Notes: generated by a model not told the origin, from the letters alone. A DNA stretch of 64,000 bases from Eledone cirrhosa (GCA_964016885.1 OZ024743.1:119908001-119972000), one strand, 5' to 3'; shown: positions 14,541 through 28,736, counted from the stretch's first letter. Translations and numbers: made by a program.

Positions 14541-15897
14541 TAAGAACATTGGTAATACCATCTCCAATGAGAAACGTTTAATTGTGAGTGCCTGTTAAAA
14601 ACTCACGAAAATATACCGACAGGAAATTTGTTTTATTTTGAGAAAATTAAGAAGTTGAAAGTACAGTTTAGCTGTCTACGTGCATTGTTCATAAAAATAT
14701 TGTTGAACCCCTTCTTTTCATACTCCTTCTGTGGCAGTTGTTCCCCGGCGTTTCCACTCTGTTTTGGCCTATTGGAGTAAATGTGAAAGAGAAAGTCACA
14801 GGTTAAGTTGGCAGAAGGTTCCAGTGTCATAGCAGTAAGGCGTATGCTACTAACCTCAAAAGTTCATTCGCACTCTTCCACTAAGTTACTCTTTCTCTCT
14901 ATCCCTCTCGGTGCAGTCCCTTGCGAATTTCTCGCGTAGGCCTGGTGTAGATTTGCACCAGATCCATCTGCCCGGTGCACATGTCCTCTTTGTGCAGCTT
15001 TTGGAGGCAGGAGTGACCAGCAGTACGTTGTTCCGTACTATTATGAAAAGGTATAGCAGAGAATCCCGCGTGAACTAACAGCTCGGGAGGAAACTGCTTA
15101 CCTCGAAGATTCATTCGCCATCGTTCTTGTCAACGCTCCGTTTAGTTGGTATTTGTGGTCTACAGTTAGATGCATGGCGCACAAAGGGTTAACGTTTATT
15201 GGCAAGAAGTTTTTTTATTAATAAAAGACGGGTTAAAGCGACCTACAATGTATCATTCTGCGTTGATGGGATGGCAAATTCGAGACCCTTCTGTTTCTCC
15301 CTCAATAAACTGACTACAATCAAGACCATTCCATGCTGGCCTGCGGATGGAAATGCAGAACGCAAAGGTGAAAGTTCAGTGGTAATGGGAGTCCTATGTA
15401 GCAGCAGTAACATTGACATTGCTTACAACGTGTGCTTTCATCCTTAACGGGATCTTCTGAAACTAAAAAAATCAATCTCTGAACGGAGAAGTAAATATTT
15501 CGAAAAACGTTGCAACCGAAGGAAAACAGGACGACGATACTTTGATTCGTGAAGACGTTCACTGGCAATGAACTGAAAATAGCGAAGATAATACGTCATC
15601 AATGAGAACAATGTTTGTCATAATGTCGTAATGCAGACAGCAAGACATACAGACAGATATTATAAGGGCGCGACGTTATAGCTATGTATCTATCTAAAAA
15701 GATAGACTAAGAAAGACAGAGAGATGGATAATCGGTGCCTAACATACCTTTAACAACAGAAAATTGAAAAATAAAAGCTGCAGTTAATATCTTTAGACCG
15801 CAAGGAATATATAAATGCAAGTTTGAAGTCAATCAGAGTAGAAATGTGGATTTGTATAGACTTTGCAAAAATTAGGGGACACACACAGACAATTTCA

Positions 15898-15949
<52 letters not shown>

Positions 15950-15954
<5 letters not shown>

Positions 15955-16227
15955 ATACTTTGGGAGGGTCATGTTGCCAATAAGAAACACAGGCACCAGT
16001 TGCTTTCACTTCAATTTATTATAATAAATTTATAAATTTAGGAATTTATAAATTTCCGGTTGGTTGGTTGGTTCCACAACCAGATGGTTGTTTATATATT
16101 GTCAAAGTTCTTTCGTCACACATTCTGTGACCTCTTCAGTGACTGGGGATTCTTTTCTTTGTTTTTTGTGCCTCTCCTTTGTTCTGTTCTACGCCATCAA
16201 GATGGCGTAGGACAGAACAAAGGAGAG
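15950..16227 (-). mobile_element. PLE pseudo-LTR (same family as 5030) with HHR motif at 16101-16143 and a short 5' inversion
   Basis: Reverse complement of about 5045-5295; fold-back at 16173-16227. Confidence 0.8.
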
Positions 16228-16248
16228 TAAAATACGTCCGATTAGACC

Positions 16249-16322
<74 letters not shown>

Positions 16323-16742
16323 GGACAATTTGTTATGTCATCATTACGTTCATTGAGTAGTGTCACGCGTTTCGCTATTTATCAGCTCAAATTTCGATCT
16401 GTATCGATCTAGCCTGATTCTGGAATCAAAAGATCGTTGAACTTCTGTTGTGGTAATTACGCGCGTCACTACTTAATAACAAAACGTCCTTATTATTATT
16501 ATTATTGAATAGAAACAATTATTATTGAATGCCATGGTTGACGGAGGCTCGGTTCTGTAAGGTATAGTAATTTTTAACGGTTATAACAATTATAAATTGT
16601 TTAAAACTTGAACCAAATTGAAGATAAAGACACCCTCCTCCTCGTGAGGGGTCTTTCTGTCCGTTATTTGGCCCTTCGGGGTTAAATAACCAGTTATTGG
16701 GGTTTTGTGCCCAATATTCATTTTAAACCGTAAAAAAAAGAC

Positions 16743-18885
16743 ATGGCTACAAAAAAGAATTTTCACAAGTCACTCCCACTCCTTCCGTCTTCTTCCTCAA
16801 TCGTCATTACGTCAGAGAAAAGATTGTCTCTCTCCTCCCTTCTCTAAATGTGGTGTCGCCTCTGTCGCCTCTTTCACAAGCGACGCCATTAAAGAAAAGG
16901 AAAAATGTAGTTTCTCGTAGCGTTCTTCATCAAGAGAACACGCGTACCTGGAACATTTCTCCACGACAACAACAACGAAAGATGTGTGCGGAATATACGG
17001 AAACCCATTTCATTCGTCTGACGTCATGAAGAATAGCAGCAGCAGCAGCCGTTATAACAGCAGCAGCAACAACAGTGGCGAGGAAAATACTAGTAGCAGC
17101 CGCAACAACATCAGCAGCAGCATAAACAACAACAACAGCAGCAGCAACAGCAACAACAACAGCAGCAGCAGCAGCAGCAACAACAACAACAACAACCACT
17201 CAACAGCGGCGGTGGCGGTCGTAGTATCAGCAGCAACAACAAAAGTAACAGCAGCTCTGACGACAACAACAACAACAACAAGAAAGAAAAACCAATCTCG
17301 TTTGCAGGTATCGCAAAGAACCTGGAAACCATCCTTATAACAAATGAGGAATTACAGCAAGCAAAAAAGATGGTGACGAAAACTGGACACTGAGCAATCT
17401 GCAAGGCAGCCGAAGGATTTTTCGAAACCCAACAGTACTCTACGGTCACGTACCGTAGAGTAAGCACAAAATCACGTAGGGTTGAAAGGGCCACAGATGC
17501 TCAAATACAAAAAGCCTTAGGGTCTGTGTGGCAGCGGAAAACGCATATCACCCGAGGCAAGAAATATGCCACCGTGGATGTGCTTTTTGCCACACCCCCA
17601 GGAGACAAAGGCTCATTCCTTAGTGACCCTAAGGAGCGAGGAAATGGTGTTGGTGCCCTCCTACTGCGGGCAAAAAATATTGAGGGTCAAACTGACCCAA
17701 GCCCCCCCCCCCCCCCCGGGATGGCCCCTTCTTGGCTGGCCGCGTCTTTCCTCGTCGGAATCGAGAACAAAACAACCGTACTGCAAGTGCAGAAAAAAGT
17801 ACGAGAAGATTGGGTCGGCGCCTCCATTGAGATGTTAATTCAAACCAACCAGGAGTGCATCGAAGCTATTCCGGATGTGATAGACTTCAATAACGGCACT
17901 CAACTTCCCATAAGTGTTGAGGGCAAACGATGCCCGAAATGCTTTCGCTGTGGGTCGAAGACTCACCTCAGGGCCTTCTGCAATGAGAAGACCCTGAGAA
18001 AGGAGAAAACGCCCCTCCTTCCGAAACCGGCTCCAGTGCTACCAGCAACAGGACAGACAGCAAGCAGCAAGGATATGTCCGTGGCACCCATACCCAAGAA
18101 CAGCAGCTGCGGTGGAAGTATTAACAACAACAACAGTAATACCAACTGCAGCTGCAACAGAGACTCCACTGCAACCATCACCAACAAGAACAAGTGAAAG
18201 AGTGGTGCTGGTACCCCTCCCCGACCTCACAGAATCGGACATGGAGTGTGAGGTAGGAGAGGGATGGCAAAAGGTCGCAAGAAGGCACAAACGCAGAAGC
18301 AGCGCATCGTCGCCTTCGAAAAGAGAGGGAAGAAATGAAAAAAGGGTAAAGGCTACTGCAAAGAGACTTACAGCAGCAACACCACCAACACCATCACCAC
18401 CCACACTAGCACTACCATCACCACCGGCGGCAACCCCACCGACAACAACAACAACAACAACAACAACACCTTCACCAACACCACCACAAGCACCAACATC
18501 GCAAACACAACAACAAAACACATACACCCAGCAACAACGACAAGAAAATAGCAGAACCACACCCCACCCCCAGAAAAAGAAATGCACAGCAATAAATAAA
18601 CACAAGAAACTAATGACTTACATAATTGAACACACAAACATTTCACAACACGACTACATAATACCAGCACCAATCAAAACACCAACGAACATAAGACTGG
18701 TAAGAATATGCAGAAACAATACACAAACATTAAAATGAAATACCCCAACACAATTGGTGATTTCAGAGACCTAGGAGTGACACTCAACCGGAGAGTATAC
18801 TCGGATATACTCACAGAAGAGCCGACGACCAGCCGAACCGAAGGGACGATTCAACTGTCCCTTCACCAGACGATCAAGGTAAGTG
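16743..18885 (+). pseudogene. Tx1-like ORF1 (gag-like), frameshifted
   Basis: PKCFRCGSKTHLRAFC zinc knuckle, GEGWQKVARR motif, Pro/Thr/Gln-rich linkers. Confidence 0.7.
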
Positions 18886-18918
18886 ATCATTTCTCACTTG
18901 CCCCGTTCCTCACCCAAC

Positions 18919-21900
18919 ATGGCCGTATTCAGGATCGGAAGTGTAAACGTGCGTGGCTTGAGCTCGGTTTGGAAGCAGGGTCACTTGCTTAACGACCTCA
19001 GGTCACTAAACATAGATGCGGTGGCCATCAGCGAGACGAGAATCTCCGAAACGCAAGCCTTCGCATCGATCTTCGACGGTTACGAGGTGTACGCATCTCC
19101 GAGCCGTCCGCGGGAGCGGGGGGCGGAGTGGCTGTGTTGTTTCGGAAAGGCTTGGGTCTCGCCATACGGAGCATCTTCCTGAACCCAGAAGGTAAATCGG
19201 TGGTACTGGACGTAAGCGGCACCGAAGGCAACGCTTTCAGGCTAGTAGCCGTCTATGCCCTGACAGGGACAGGACGGCCAGATTTCTTTAGACGTCTAGA
19301 GACCTGGAACGTCCCGCTCTTTAGTGTTAGTGGGCGACTGGAACGGTATCTTGGATGCACGCTGGGATTGTGTGGGGCTAGTGGATAGGGAGGAAGGTGC
19401 AAGAGCCTCACCAACCTGCTCAGACGTTTTGAACTGTCTGACAGGTATCGACTGGATCACCCGAATGTGCCAATGTGGACATGGACAAACCTCATCGGGT
19501 CATCCTGATCGTATCTCGATAGGGTATTCTGCAGAGAACTAGATAACGCTAGTATAAGTTATCCACAATTTAAAATAGTTGACTACACAGACCACAAATT
19601 TGTGATCTGCGAGATCGACATAGACAGACTCTATAGACAAGGGCCCGGTTACTGGAAGCTGAACGCGTCTTTCCCGGCGTATTAGTTAAGCGGGCATTGA
19701 CGGGAGCGGTCGTCAACAACAGGTGGTGGTTCGCCCTGAAAAGGGCAATTAAAGTAGAGTCGATTAGGTTTAGCAAAGGACTAGTGATAGTGGAAAATAG
19801 CGTAGAGGGAGAGCTAGTCAGAAAGCTAGAAGAGGCGTTTAGGACAGGCATAGCAACCGACGTGCTTGCGCGAGATTGGGACTCGACCAATTCTTCAACG
19901 CAAAACACGAAGACTGCGTTGTCAGAGCTAGAGCGCGTGCTCTGAAACACGAGGGGACAAGAGCCGTCCTATGGGCCCGGGTGGCAGAGGCGCGACTTTT
20001 CGGTCTTTGTCTGACGAAACCGGGCGCGTGTTTGCTTGAACCCGAGCAGATGTGTGAAGCTTTTCAGCAGCACTTTGCTGAACTGTTCTGGAGCAGCGGC
20101 GGGTCGGATCGGGGTATGGACTTAAGTGCATACCTCGATGAACTGCCTCGGCTCTCGACAACCGCAGCACAGTGTTGCGAAAAGCCAATAACAGCCGGTG
20201 AAATACGGGAAGCGATGGCTAACTGCACGAGGAGTAAATCGCCCTACGATCTTTATGCATTTATGCCAGACTTGTTCGGTGACCTCTTGGCAGACGTCTA
20301 CTGCAACTGTCAGCAGAACGGGAGCATTCCTAGTTGTGTGAGCCGGGGAGCGATGGCGCTGCTGAGAAAAGACCCGAACAAGGGGGATGTTATCGATAAC
20401 TTCAGGCCCATAACCCTGTTAAAAGCAGAGTTCAAGATTTTGGTCAAGGTGTTAGCGACGAGGTTGGCGCTTGTCGTCAAGGGTCTGGTAGGAGAGGCGC
20501 AGACATGCGCCATTCCGGACAGATCCATACACGACAACCTCGACCTCATGCGATACATCATAGAGAGGGTTGTTAAGGAACCTGGCACGGGTGGGGCCCT
20601 GGTCAACTTGGATCAATCCAAAGCATTCGATAGGGTCAACCATCGGTACCTCCCGGCGGTCCTCGAGGCAGCCGGTTTCGGGCCCGTTTTCAGGGGTTGG
20701 ATCACTGCGATGTACAGCGACATCTGCTCAGTTGTGAGGATGAACGGTCACCTGTCGCAGCCGTTCAGCATCATGCGCTCGGTCCGCCAGGGTTGTCCCC
20801 TCTCGTCCCTCTTGTACGTATTGGCTCTCGAGCCGTTACTGCACAAACTGGGGGGGCGATGAGGAGCGTCCCACGCGAACTAGGATGCGGAAAATCCGAG
20901 TCGGCTTACGCCGACGACGTCACCGTGTTAGTGTCGAGTACCAAACACGTCCAGATGCTCGGCACCGCTCTCAAGGAATACGAAGCGGTGACAGGAGCAA
21001 AGATAAACCAGGAAAGGTCGGTGGGCTTGCAGATCGGCACCTGGAGAGGCAAGTCCATGCCGTCCGATAGCGTCGTGGGGAGTGGGACGGACGGACCGGT
21101 TAAATTGCTCGGGGTCTGGTTCGGACCGCACATCCAGTTGGAGAAAAACTGGAACGAGGTGACGAGCAAGGTGGCCTCCCTCACCCAGAAATGGGCCGAG
21201 AGGAAGCTGTCCCTCAAAGGCCGGGTGGAGGTGGCGAATGCGTACATCGCATCCTATGGTCAGACGATCCATCCGCTGTCAACACCCGTTGCGTGGAGGA
21301 CTGGGCATGCCATGGCTGATGATGCGCAAACATGCGCTGAGGCTGCAACATCTCTGGTGCTTCTTTGACGGTGAACAGGTTTGGTCGTCGTTCGCCAGGC
21401 ACGTTTTCCCACAGCTCGTCTCCTTGACGGAGCTGCAGTCCTGGATCAGGAAAAGACCGAGGGATAGCGCTTGGAAACTGGATTGTCTCCAGGCGCTCAC
21501 TGCCCTCTGCCAGCTAGGCACCAGTATCGATGGAACATCCACCTTGGCGTTCTATAGAGGACTAGTGGAGGGGAAGAGCGACGACGTTCTCGGAGAGATC
21601 CTGGGCGTCGAAGAAGATCAGCTGTTTGCTCTCTACCGGAGAACTTTCAGGCCAGGGCCTATGGATAACTTCCAAAAATCGCTGGCCTGGCAGTGCTACC
21701 GGGGAGCGTTGCCGGTTCGAGATAAGCTCTACAGGCACGGAAGTGCCGTCAGCCGAGCCTGTCCGAGATGCGCGCAGAGCGACGAAACCGTCGTGCACGC
21801 ACTCGTTCAGTGCCCGAGCATTGCTGACTTGTGGAGCTATGTCGAACAGTTGCTGTCGCGTGTATGACTGATTCGGTTATCGACTGTGTCCATTGTGCAG

Positions 21901-22168
21901 ATGGTCTCGCCGTCTTCCTTCGAGGAGGAAGGTTTTCATCTGCCTGGTGGCCATGGCAAAAGAGATTGTGTGGTGGACAAGATTGAAAAGGTTAAAGACA
22001 GATACTTTCCTCTTCGGCGAATCGCTAATTAACTTTTACAAGTTTCACTTGAAGAGGAAAATTAGGTTGGAGAGGCAAGTGCTGCCTTCTAGTAAGTTTG
22101 TTGAAAGGTGGGTGAATGTAGCGAGAATGGTCCCAGTGAACGGGACCGCTCTGAATATACGCCTGTAG
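18919..22168 (+). pseudogene. Tx1-like ORF2 (APE endonuclease + reverse transcriptase), multiple frameshifts
   Basis: IGSVNVRGL, AISET, VGDWN, NFRPITLL, LDQSKAFDRVNH, RQGCPLS, AYADDV, CPRC...ETVVHALVQC. Confidence 0.9.
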
Positions 22169-22741
22169 TTTGAGAAATAGAAAAATTGAGAGAGGGCACT
22201 TGTCCTGGTGGTCAGGGTGGCTGTGGTCTTTTGTGCGGTTTTCGCCACGAGTAACCCTCAGAGGCTTCCCCCCTATTGGGGAAATTTTTCCTTGTTTCAA
22301 TTTTCATTTTTATTGTTTATATATATATATGTTTCTATGTCTTTTTTTTCTTTTTTTATATAAATAATAAACATCTTTACACGCACAAAACCCACATCGT
22401 ACCGTCCTGTACCGTCCTGTGCCGTCTATAATGTTTTTCTTGATGTCAGCCCTTGTGGCCAATGAAGAAATCATTATTATTATTATTATTATTATTACAC
22501 TCTGCTTAGTATTACACCTCTATACTTACTGGAAACTACGCATCGAGTGTTCACTCTGGTGAACCTACAGTAACTGAACGTTACAATCCGTAGATATTTA
22601 TATACATATATATATATATGTATATATATTATATACATAAACATCAATATATATACAAACATAAATATATTTACATGCATACATACATACATGCATACAT
22701 ACATACATGCATACATACATGCATACATACATGCATACATA

Positions 22742-24002
22742 ACATCAGTCCAGACAACATTTGAATGTCGCATCATATCTCTCCGACAACATCTACGAAC
22801 CTCGAAGCGTAGGAGCCCGTTTCTCGAGCAAGTCTATCTGCATGAAACAGATAAGATCATGAGAGTTGGGAAGGAACTCCTCAAGAGATATTCCCTGTGT
22901 GATAATAAAAAACTCACACCCAGGGATGTCGCTCAGCAGTATCGCAGTGAATCCATGGATGAAAAACTGCATGCCTATCAGCAAAAAATCATGCATGGAT
23001 ATGTTGCCAGGAAGCTCCAGAGTGAGAGTAATATAGATAAGGAAAGTAGCCTATCTTGGACCAACAACCGCTATATTGGCTCCCACTTTGAAGGATACGC
23101 TTTTGCAATCCAGGAACAGGAGATTAGCCCGAAATACCTGATTCACAAAAGAGATAGGGATGCAGGCAAAACACCTAGATGTGATAACAAGTGCAGACTC
23201 TGCAGAACTAACATCGAGGATATCACCCATGTCATCAGCAGCTGTCCAAAGATGTCATGGCAGTACTATCTACCTATGAGGCATGATGTAGTGGCCAAAA
23301 CCCTGTACAATGCAGTTCGTAAAAAAGATAGCCCTGATAATAAATACATTAAAAGCTACATCAATGTGGAAGAAATGCATGTACATAATATGAAAGAGTA
23401 CTGGTGGAATGTTCCAGTAAAAACCCCAATAAAATGCAGGCATAACAGACCAGATATTATGATATGGGACAGGGAGAAGAAAACATGCACAGTAGTGGAA
23501 ATTAGCTGCCCAACAGATGCCAATATAATATCAAAGATTAGCGAAAAGGAGAATATTTATGCAGAACTGATGAGAAATCTGCAGATACTCCACCCTGATT
23601 ACACCTTCAGATTTATGCCTGTGATTATTGGGGCACTGGGATATGTTAGTAACTGTCTCAATACAAATCTTGAGAAGCTACAGGAACAGAAAGAACACAA
23701 CTAGTTAGGAATTTACAAGTACAATCCATTAATGGAACAGTAAAAATATGTAAGACATTCCAAAAATGTTGCATCTAATAACTGCATACACACATGTACA
23801 GATACAAAGCATACACACATGCACACATACAACTCAAAACATACACATCCACACATACAATAACATCCATATCTATACATGCATGCATACATACATATCT
23901 ACCTAGTTGATGTGTAAATTCCAATGAGAGAGTCTTGTGTCTATGTTAGAAACCGACTCTCTCTCTATTGGTAAAACTTTGTGAAATTATAAAACCAGAA
24001 GA
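22742..24002 (+). mobile_element. 5'-truncated R4/Dong-type LINE (restriction-like endonuclease)
   Basis: ORF 22691-23704: MHGY, AIQEQ, CRLC...HVISSC, RHD, NRPDI...VEISCP; (TACA)n on both sides. Confidence 0.88.
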
Positions 24003-24025
24003 ACATACATACATACATACATACA

Positions 24026-24055
<30 letters not shown>

Positions 24056-24057
<2 letters not shown>

Positions 24058-24237
24058 ATTGTTTCTGCTTTTGGCACAAGGCCAGCAATTACCTAGTTCA
24101 TTACTGGTACTTTATTTTATCGACCCCGTAAGGATGAAAGGCAAAGTTAACCTCGGCGGGATTTGAACTCAGACCGTAAAGGTGCGTAACTCTATGCTGC
24201 AAAGGATGGCGTCCAACCATCTACCGATACAGCCAAT
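24056..24237 (-). mobile_element. SINE family A
   Basis: Homology to the other copies. Confidence 0.85.
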
Positions 24238-24895
24238 GATGGCATATCGGTTTCGAGAATTGCCATCTCTTGACATTTTGTTCATACATCAGTGGCAGGA
24301 ATATAACTTTTTATCTGTTTCAAGGACTTAGATTCCTTTCTGCATATGCTGCAACGAAAGAAAAAAAAAGAAAAGGACATGCTCATGCAACGAACGTGAA
24401 GGTGTTTTGCTCAAGTAATGCCTGTATTTGAAGCTTTTTTAAGGGACGAGAGGCCTTACACAGGACCAATCCCACTCTCTGAATAACAGTGACAGGTAGA
24501 GGAAAAGAAGAACGAGTCAACATCATTGACTGAGATTGAGTCGCAGGTTTTGCATGATAGTTTTCCTTCTCTTAGAATGATATCCTAACAAGAACTAGGG
24601 TCCCTCACTCTCAGTGGCTGACCACGTGTTCGGGCAATTTATCTCTTAAATTTCATTACAGAATGTGGATAACATATGTTATCCATATTATTACATGCAT
24701 ATATAGATGCACATGTACATGTAAATGACTACATACATATTTTATAATAGTAAATACAGGTACATACAGTTAGAATGTCACACACATACAATCCTACAGA
24801 TCTGCATTCTGACATACACTTACTCGTGTGCATATCAAAACAGACAACATAGAAGCCTAGCTGTATGCACATACACATACACATTCACACACACA

Positions 24896-24975
<80 letters not shown>

Positions 24976-25559
24976 GATATACACACATAAAACGCATCAG
25001 TGAGAATGTTTGCGTGCCTCTATGTTTGTATGTGCTACTGTATTTGTGCGTGCGCCTGTGTTTGTATATCCGTGTGTTTGTATGTGCGTGCGCCTGTGTT
25101 TGAATATTCGTGTATTTGTATGTGCTATGTGCATATGAGCATGTGCATCCGCATATGTGTATGTGCGTGTACGTGTTGCTGCGTTAGCACGTGAATGCGT
25201 GCGTGTGCGTATATATGTGTGCTCTAATGTGCTAGTGTGTAGTCGATGCGTCAGTGTATGCGTGCATATGCTGGCAATATTACGTCCAATACCTGCACAT
25301 AAAACCCCTTTCGTGACCTTTAACGATCTGACGATTGACAACACTTGCAGCTTCATCAGAAGTAAGTAAACTTAGTGGCCCGAACTGCAGACATAACAGC
25401 CTGTATGTAATATCTATTTCCGACCCCGATCGACATTTCTTTTAGAAGCATATTTTGCCAATACTTTTCAATAAAACTTGCCATTCTGATATTGGAAATA
25501 TGATACATTCATGTATGTATTTCAGATACATTTGTGTTCATATATGTGTATATATATAT

Positions 25560-25745
25560 ATAGGAAAATGTTTAACCCCGACGGCAGAGCTCAAGCCGTT
25601 TCGACGGCTATTTCTGGACTGAAATAGACGTCGAAACGGCTTGAGCTCTGCCGTCGGGGTTACACATTTTCCTATTACCCACTCTACTACCCTAAGTATT
25701 GAGTACTCTGGTGCGTTATGGTCCATTACCACACTTCCTTCGTTA
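25560..25745. mobile_element. Fold-back repeat (family also at 27320-27452 and 58333-58470) retaining the 3' half of an HHR-like motif
   Basis: Palindrome at 25560-25675 containing gtcGAAAcggcTTgag; no CTGA box seen. Confidence 0.6.
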
Positions 25746-25757
25746 TATATATATATA

Positions 25758-25934
<177 letters not shown>

Positions 25935-25987
25935 GGATAGATATAGATATAGATATATAAAATCCTGACCATATACATATATATAAT

Positions 25988-27292
25988 ATATAAACAAGGT
26001 TTAGCAAATAATGAAAAAGTTTCAAAATAAATTTTAAAAAATTGACTTTACCTACTATAGTTACCTTTACCGATCGGTTTCGAATCCCAAAAATAAAAAG
26101 GAGACCATACGGCCTTCGTTGCAAAGAAAGGTTCTCGTCAGAAGGTTCTTTTCATTCAAAGAATATAAAATTCCTGAATTTAAATCACAAACTAGAGCTA
26201 TCAAAACTGTTCCTGGGATGAGAGTGGATGATGTAGAAACAGGTTTATCAAGGGCCGAAGCAAAGATAGAGGCAAAAGGAGGTAGGTCAAACTAGCCACA
26301 GCTATTGCTAGCAGCAGTCAGAACGACCAAATTTGTTCTCAACGTTAGTGGAGGTAGTAGTAATAGGATATACGTTCCTTCACGCACAAGGCGCCAAGAT
26401 ACGCATGTATTGTCCAACCAAATGCCAGTGTGGTTCAATGGCGAGTTAATAAATTAACGAGCCAGAACAAATATAAACAAGGTTTAGCAAATAATGAAAA
26501 AGTTTCAAAATAAATTTTAAAAAATTGACTTTACCTACTATAGTTACCTTTACCGATCGGTTTCGAATCCCAAAAATAAAACGGAGACCATACGGCCTTC
26601 GTTGCAAAGAAAGGTTCTCGTCAGAAGGTTCTTTTCATTCAAAGAATATAAAATTCCTGAATTTAAATCACAAACTAGCGCTATCAAAACTGTTCCTGGG
26701 ATGAGAGTGGATGATGTAGAAACAGGTTTATCACGGAACCACACTGGCATTTGGTTGGACAATACATGCGTACCTTGGCGCCTTGTGCGTGAAGGAACGT
26801 ATATCCTATTACTACTACCTCCACTAACGTTGAGAACAAATTTGGTCGTTCTGACTGCTGCTAGCAATAGCTGTGGCTAGTTTGACCTACCTCCTTTTGC
26901 CTCTATCTTTGCTTCGACCCTTGATAAACCTGTTTCTACATCATCCACTCTCATCCCAGGAACAGTTTTGATAGCGCTAGTTCGTGATTTAAATTCAGGA
27001 ATTTTATATTCTTTGAATGAAAAGAACCTTCTGACGAGAATCTTTCTTTGCAACGAAGGCCGTATGGTCTCCATTTTATTTTTGGGATTCGAAACCGATC
27101 GGTAAAGGTAACTATAGTAGGTAAAGTCAATTTTTTAAAATTTATTTTGAAACTTTTTCATTATTTGCTAAACCTTGTTTATATTTGTTCTGGCTCGTTA
27201 ATTTATTCACCCGCCATTGAACCACACTGGCATTTGGTTGGACAATACATGCGTACCTTGGCGCCTTGTGCGTGAAGGAACGTATATCCTAT
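25988..27292. mobile_element. 483-bp HHR-bearing unit in tandem plus inverted arrangement
   Basis: Period of 483 on both arms; HHRs at 26063-26146(-), 26546-26629(-) and 27026-27109(+). Confidence 0.88.
27026..27109 (+). ncRNA. Type I hammerhead ribozyme with an enlarged stem II
   Basis: acctt-CTGACGA-gaatctt...gggattc-GAAA-ccgatcgg-TA^aaggt. Confidence 0.8.
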
Positions 27293-27519
27293 ATATAATA
27301 TATATATATATATTATATATAACAAAGGAAATGTGGTAAGGAACCAAATGGACCATAACGCACCAGAGTACTCAATACTTAGGGTAGTATAGTGGGAAAT
27401 AGCCGTCGAAACGGCTTGAGCTCTGCCGTCGGGGTCATACTTTTTCCTATATTATATATATATATATTATATATATATATATATATAATATATAATATAT
27501 ATATATAATATATATAACA

Positions 27520-28635
27520 ATATATTTAGAAACACACAGATACATGCGGACACACACATATATACATGAATGCATCCGCACCCAACTGTGAGTTAAGGGT
27601 GCCAACTTCACCGATGTTGCTCAATGAATGACTGGGACAGACCAATTCAGTTGAACTAGACTGAACCAGTATCAGAGTTAAAAATACATTATGAAGAGAG
27701 AAGAAACATTTAGATATAATTAGTAATAAAATGTATCATACCTAAACTGCTCCTAAATTCCTCGACTACGTAGTTTGTTCGTGGCGATAAACGGAGAAAA
27801 CGAATGATATCATAAAGAGTATAGAGGTCCTTGCGAGGTCTGCCGACTTATCAAGAGATACCGTAAAATGAGGTATCCTCTTGATAAGTCGGCAGACCTC
27901 GCAAGGACTCTATATCTTTATGATATATTGTTTTTGTTTATGCCACGAAACTACGTAGTCGCGGAATTTAGGAGCAGTTTAGGTATGATACATTTTATTA
28001 CTAATTATATCTAAATGTTTCTTCTCTCTTCATAATGTATTTTTAACTCTGATACTGGTTCAGTCTAGTTCAACTGAATTGGTCTGTCCCAGTCATTCAT
28101 TGAGCAACATCGGTGAAGTTGGCACCCTTAACTCACAGTTGGGTGCGGATGCATTCATGTATATATGTGTGTGTCCGCATATATCTGTGTGTTTCTAAAT
28201 ATATTGTTAATAACTCCCTCTGGTCGAGCAATCTTTGAAGTGTGGGGACAGCTGGAAAGCTTCCATTACTCATACTTCTCGCCTTCTTCACCACCTCTTC
28301 TACGGCCTCGATATAAATACCCCCTCCGCCTCCGTGGTATTTTCTTCGGGCTTATAAGAGGCTTAGCTCTGTTTCTCGACCGTTATATCGCGTGACTATC
28401 TCCCCCTCCGCCTTTTGGGATTCTTTCTCACGTCGTGTAGACGCGTTCTTGAGACTAGTAAAATGAGGTATCCTCTTGATAAGTCGGCAGACCTCGCAAG
28501 GACTCTATATCTTTATGATATATTGTTTTTGTTTATGCCACGAAACTACGTAGTCGAGGAATTTAGGAGCAGTTTAGGTATGATACATTTTATTACTAAT
28601 TATATCTAAATGTTTCTTCTCTCTTCATAATGTAT
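27520..28635. mobile_element. 595-bp HHR-bearing unit (1.3 copies) preceded by an inverted arm of about 340 bp
   Basis: gtaaaatgaggtatcc at 27863 and 28458; 27520-27862 is the reverse complement of about 27872-28205. Confidence 0.85.
28471..28560 (+). ncRNA. Type I hammerhead ribozyme, U3-A8 core variant
   Basis: tcctc-TTGATAA-gtcggca...tgccac-GAAA-ctacgtag-TC^gagga; second copy at 27876-27965. Confidence 0.72.

Positions 28636-28736
<101 letters not shown>

Larger units (their letters stand above)
16508..22476 (+). mobile_element. L1/Tx1-clade LINE, near full length, degenerate
   Basis: ORF1 with CCHC knuckle; ORF2 with APE, RT and C-terminal Zn motif; (ATT)n on both flanks; 5' boundary approximate. 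Confidence 0.88.

Noticed and set aside
26550-27275. Short ORFs within the 483-bp unit
   Set aside because: They span the inversion junction or vary between copies, and show no recognisable domain
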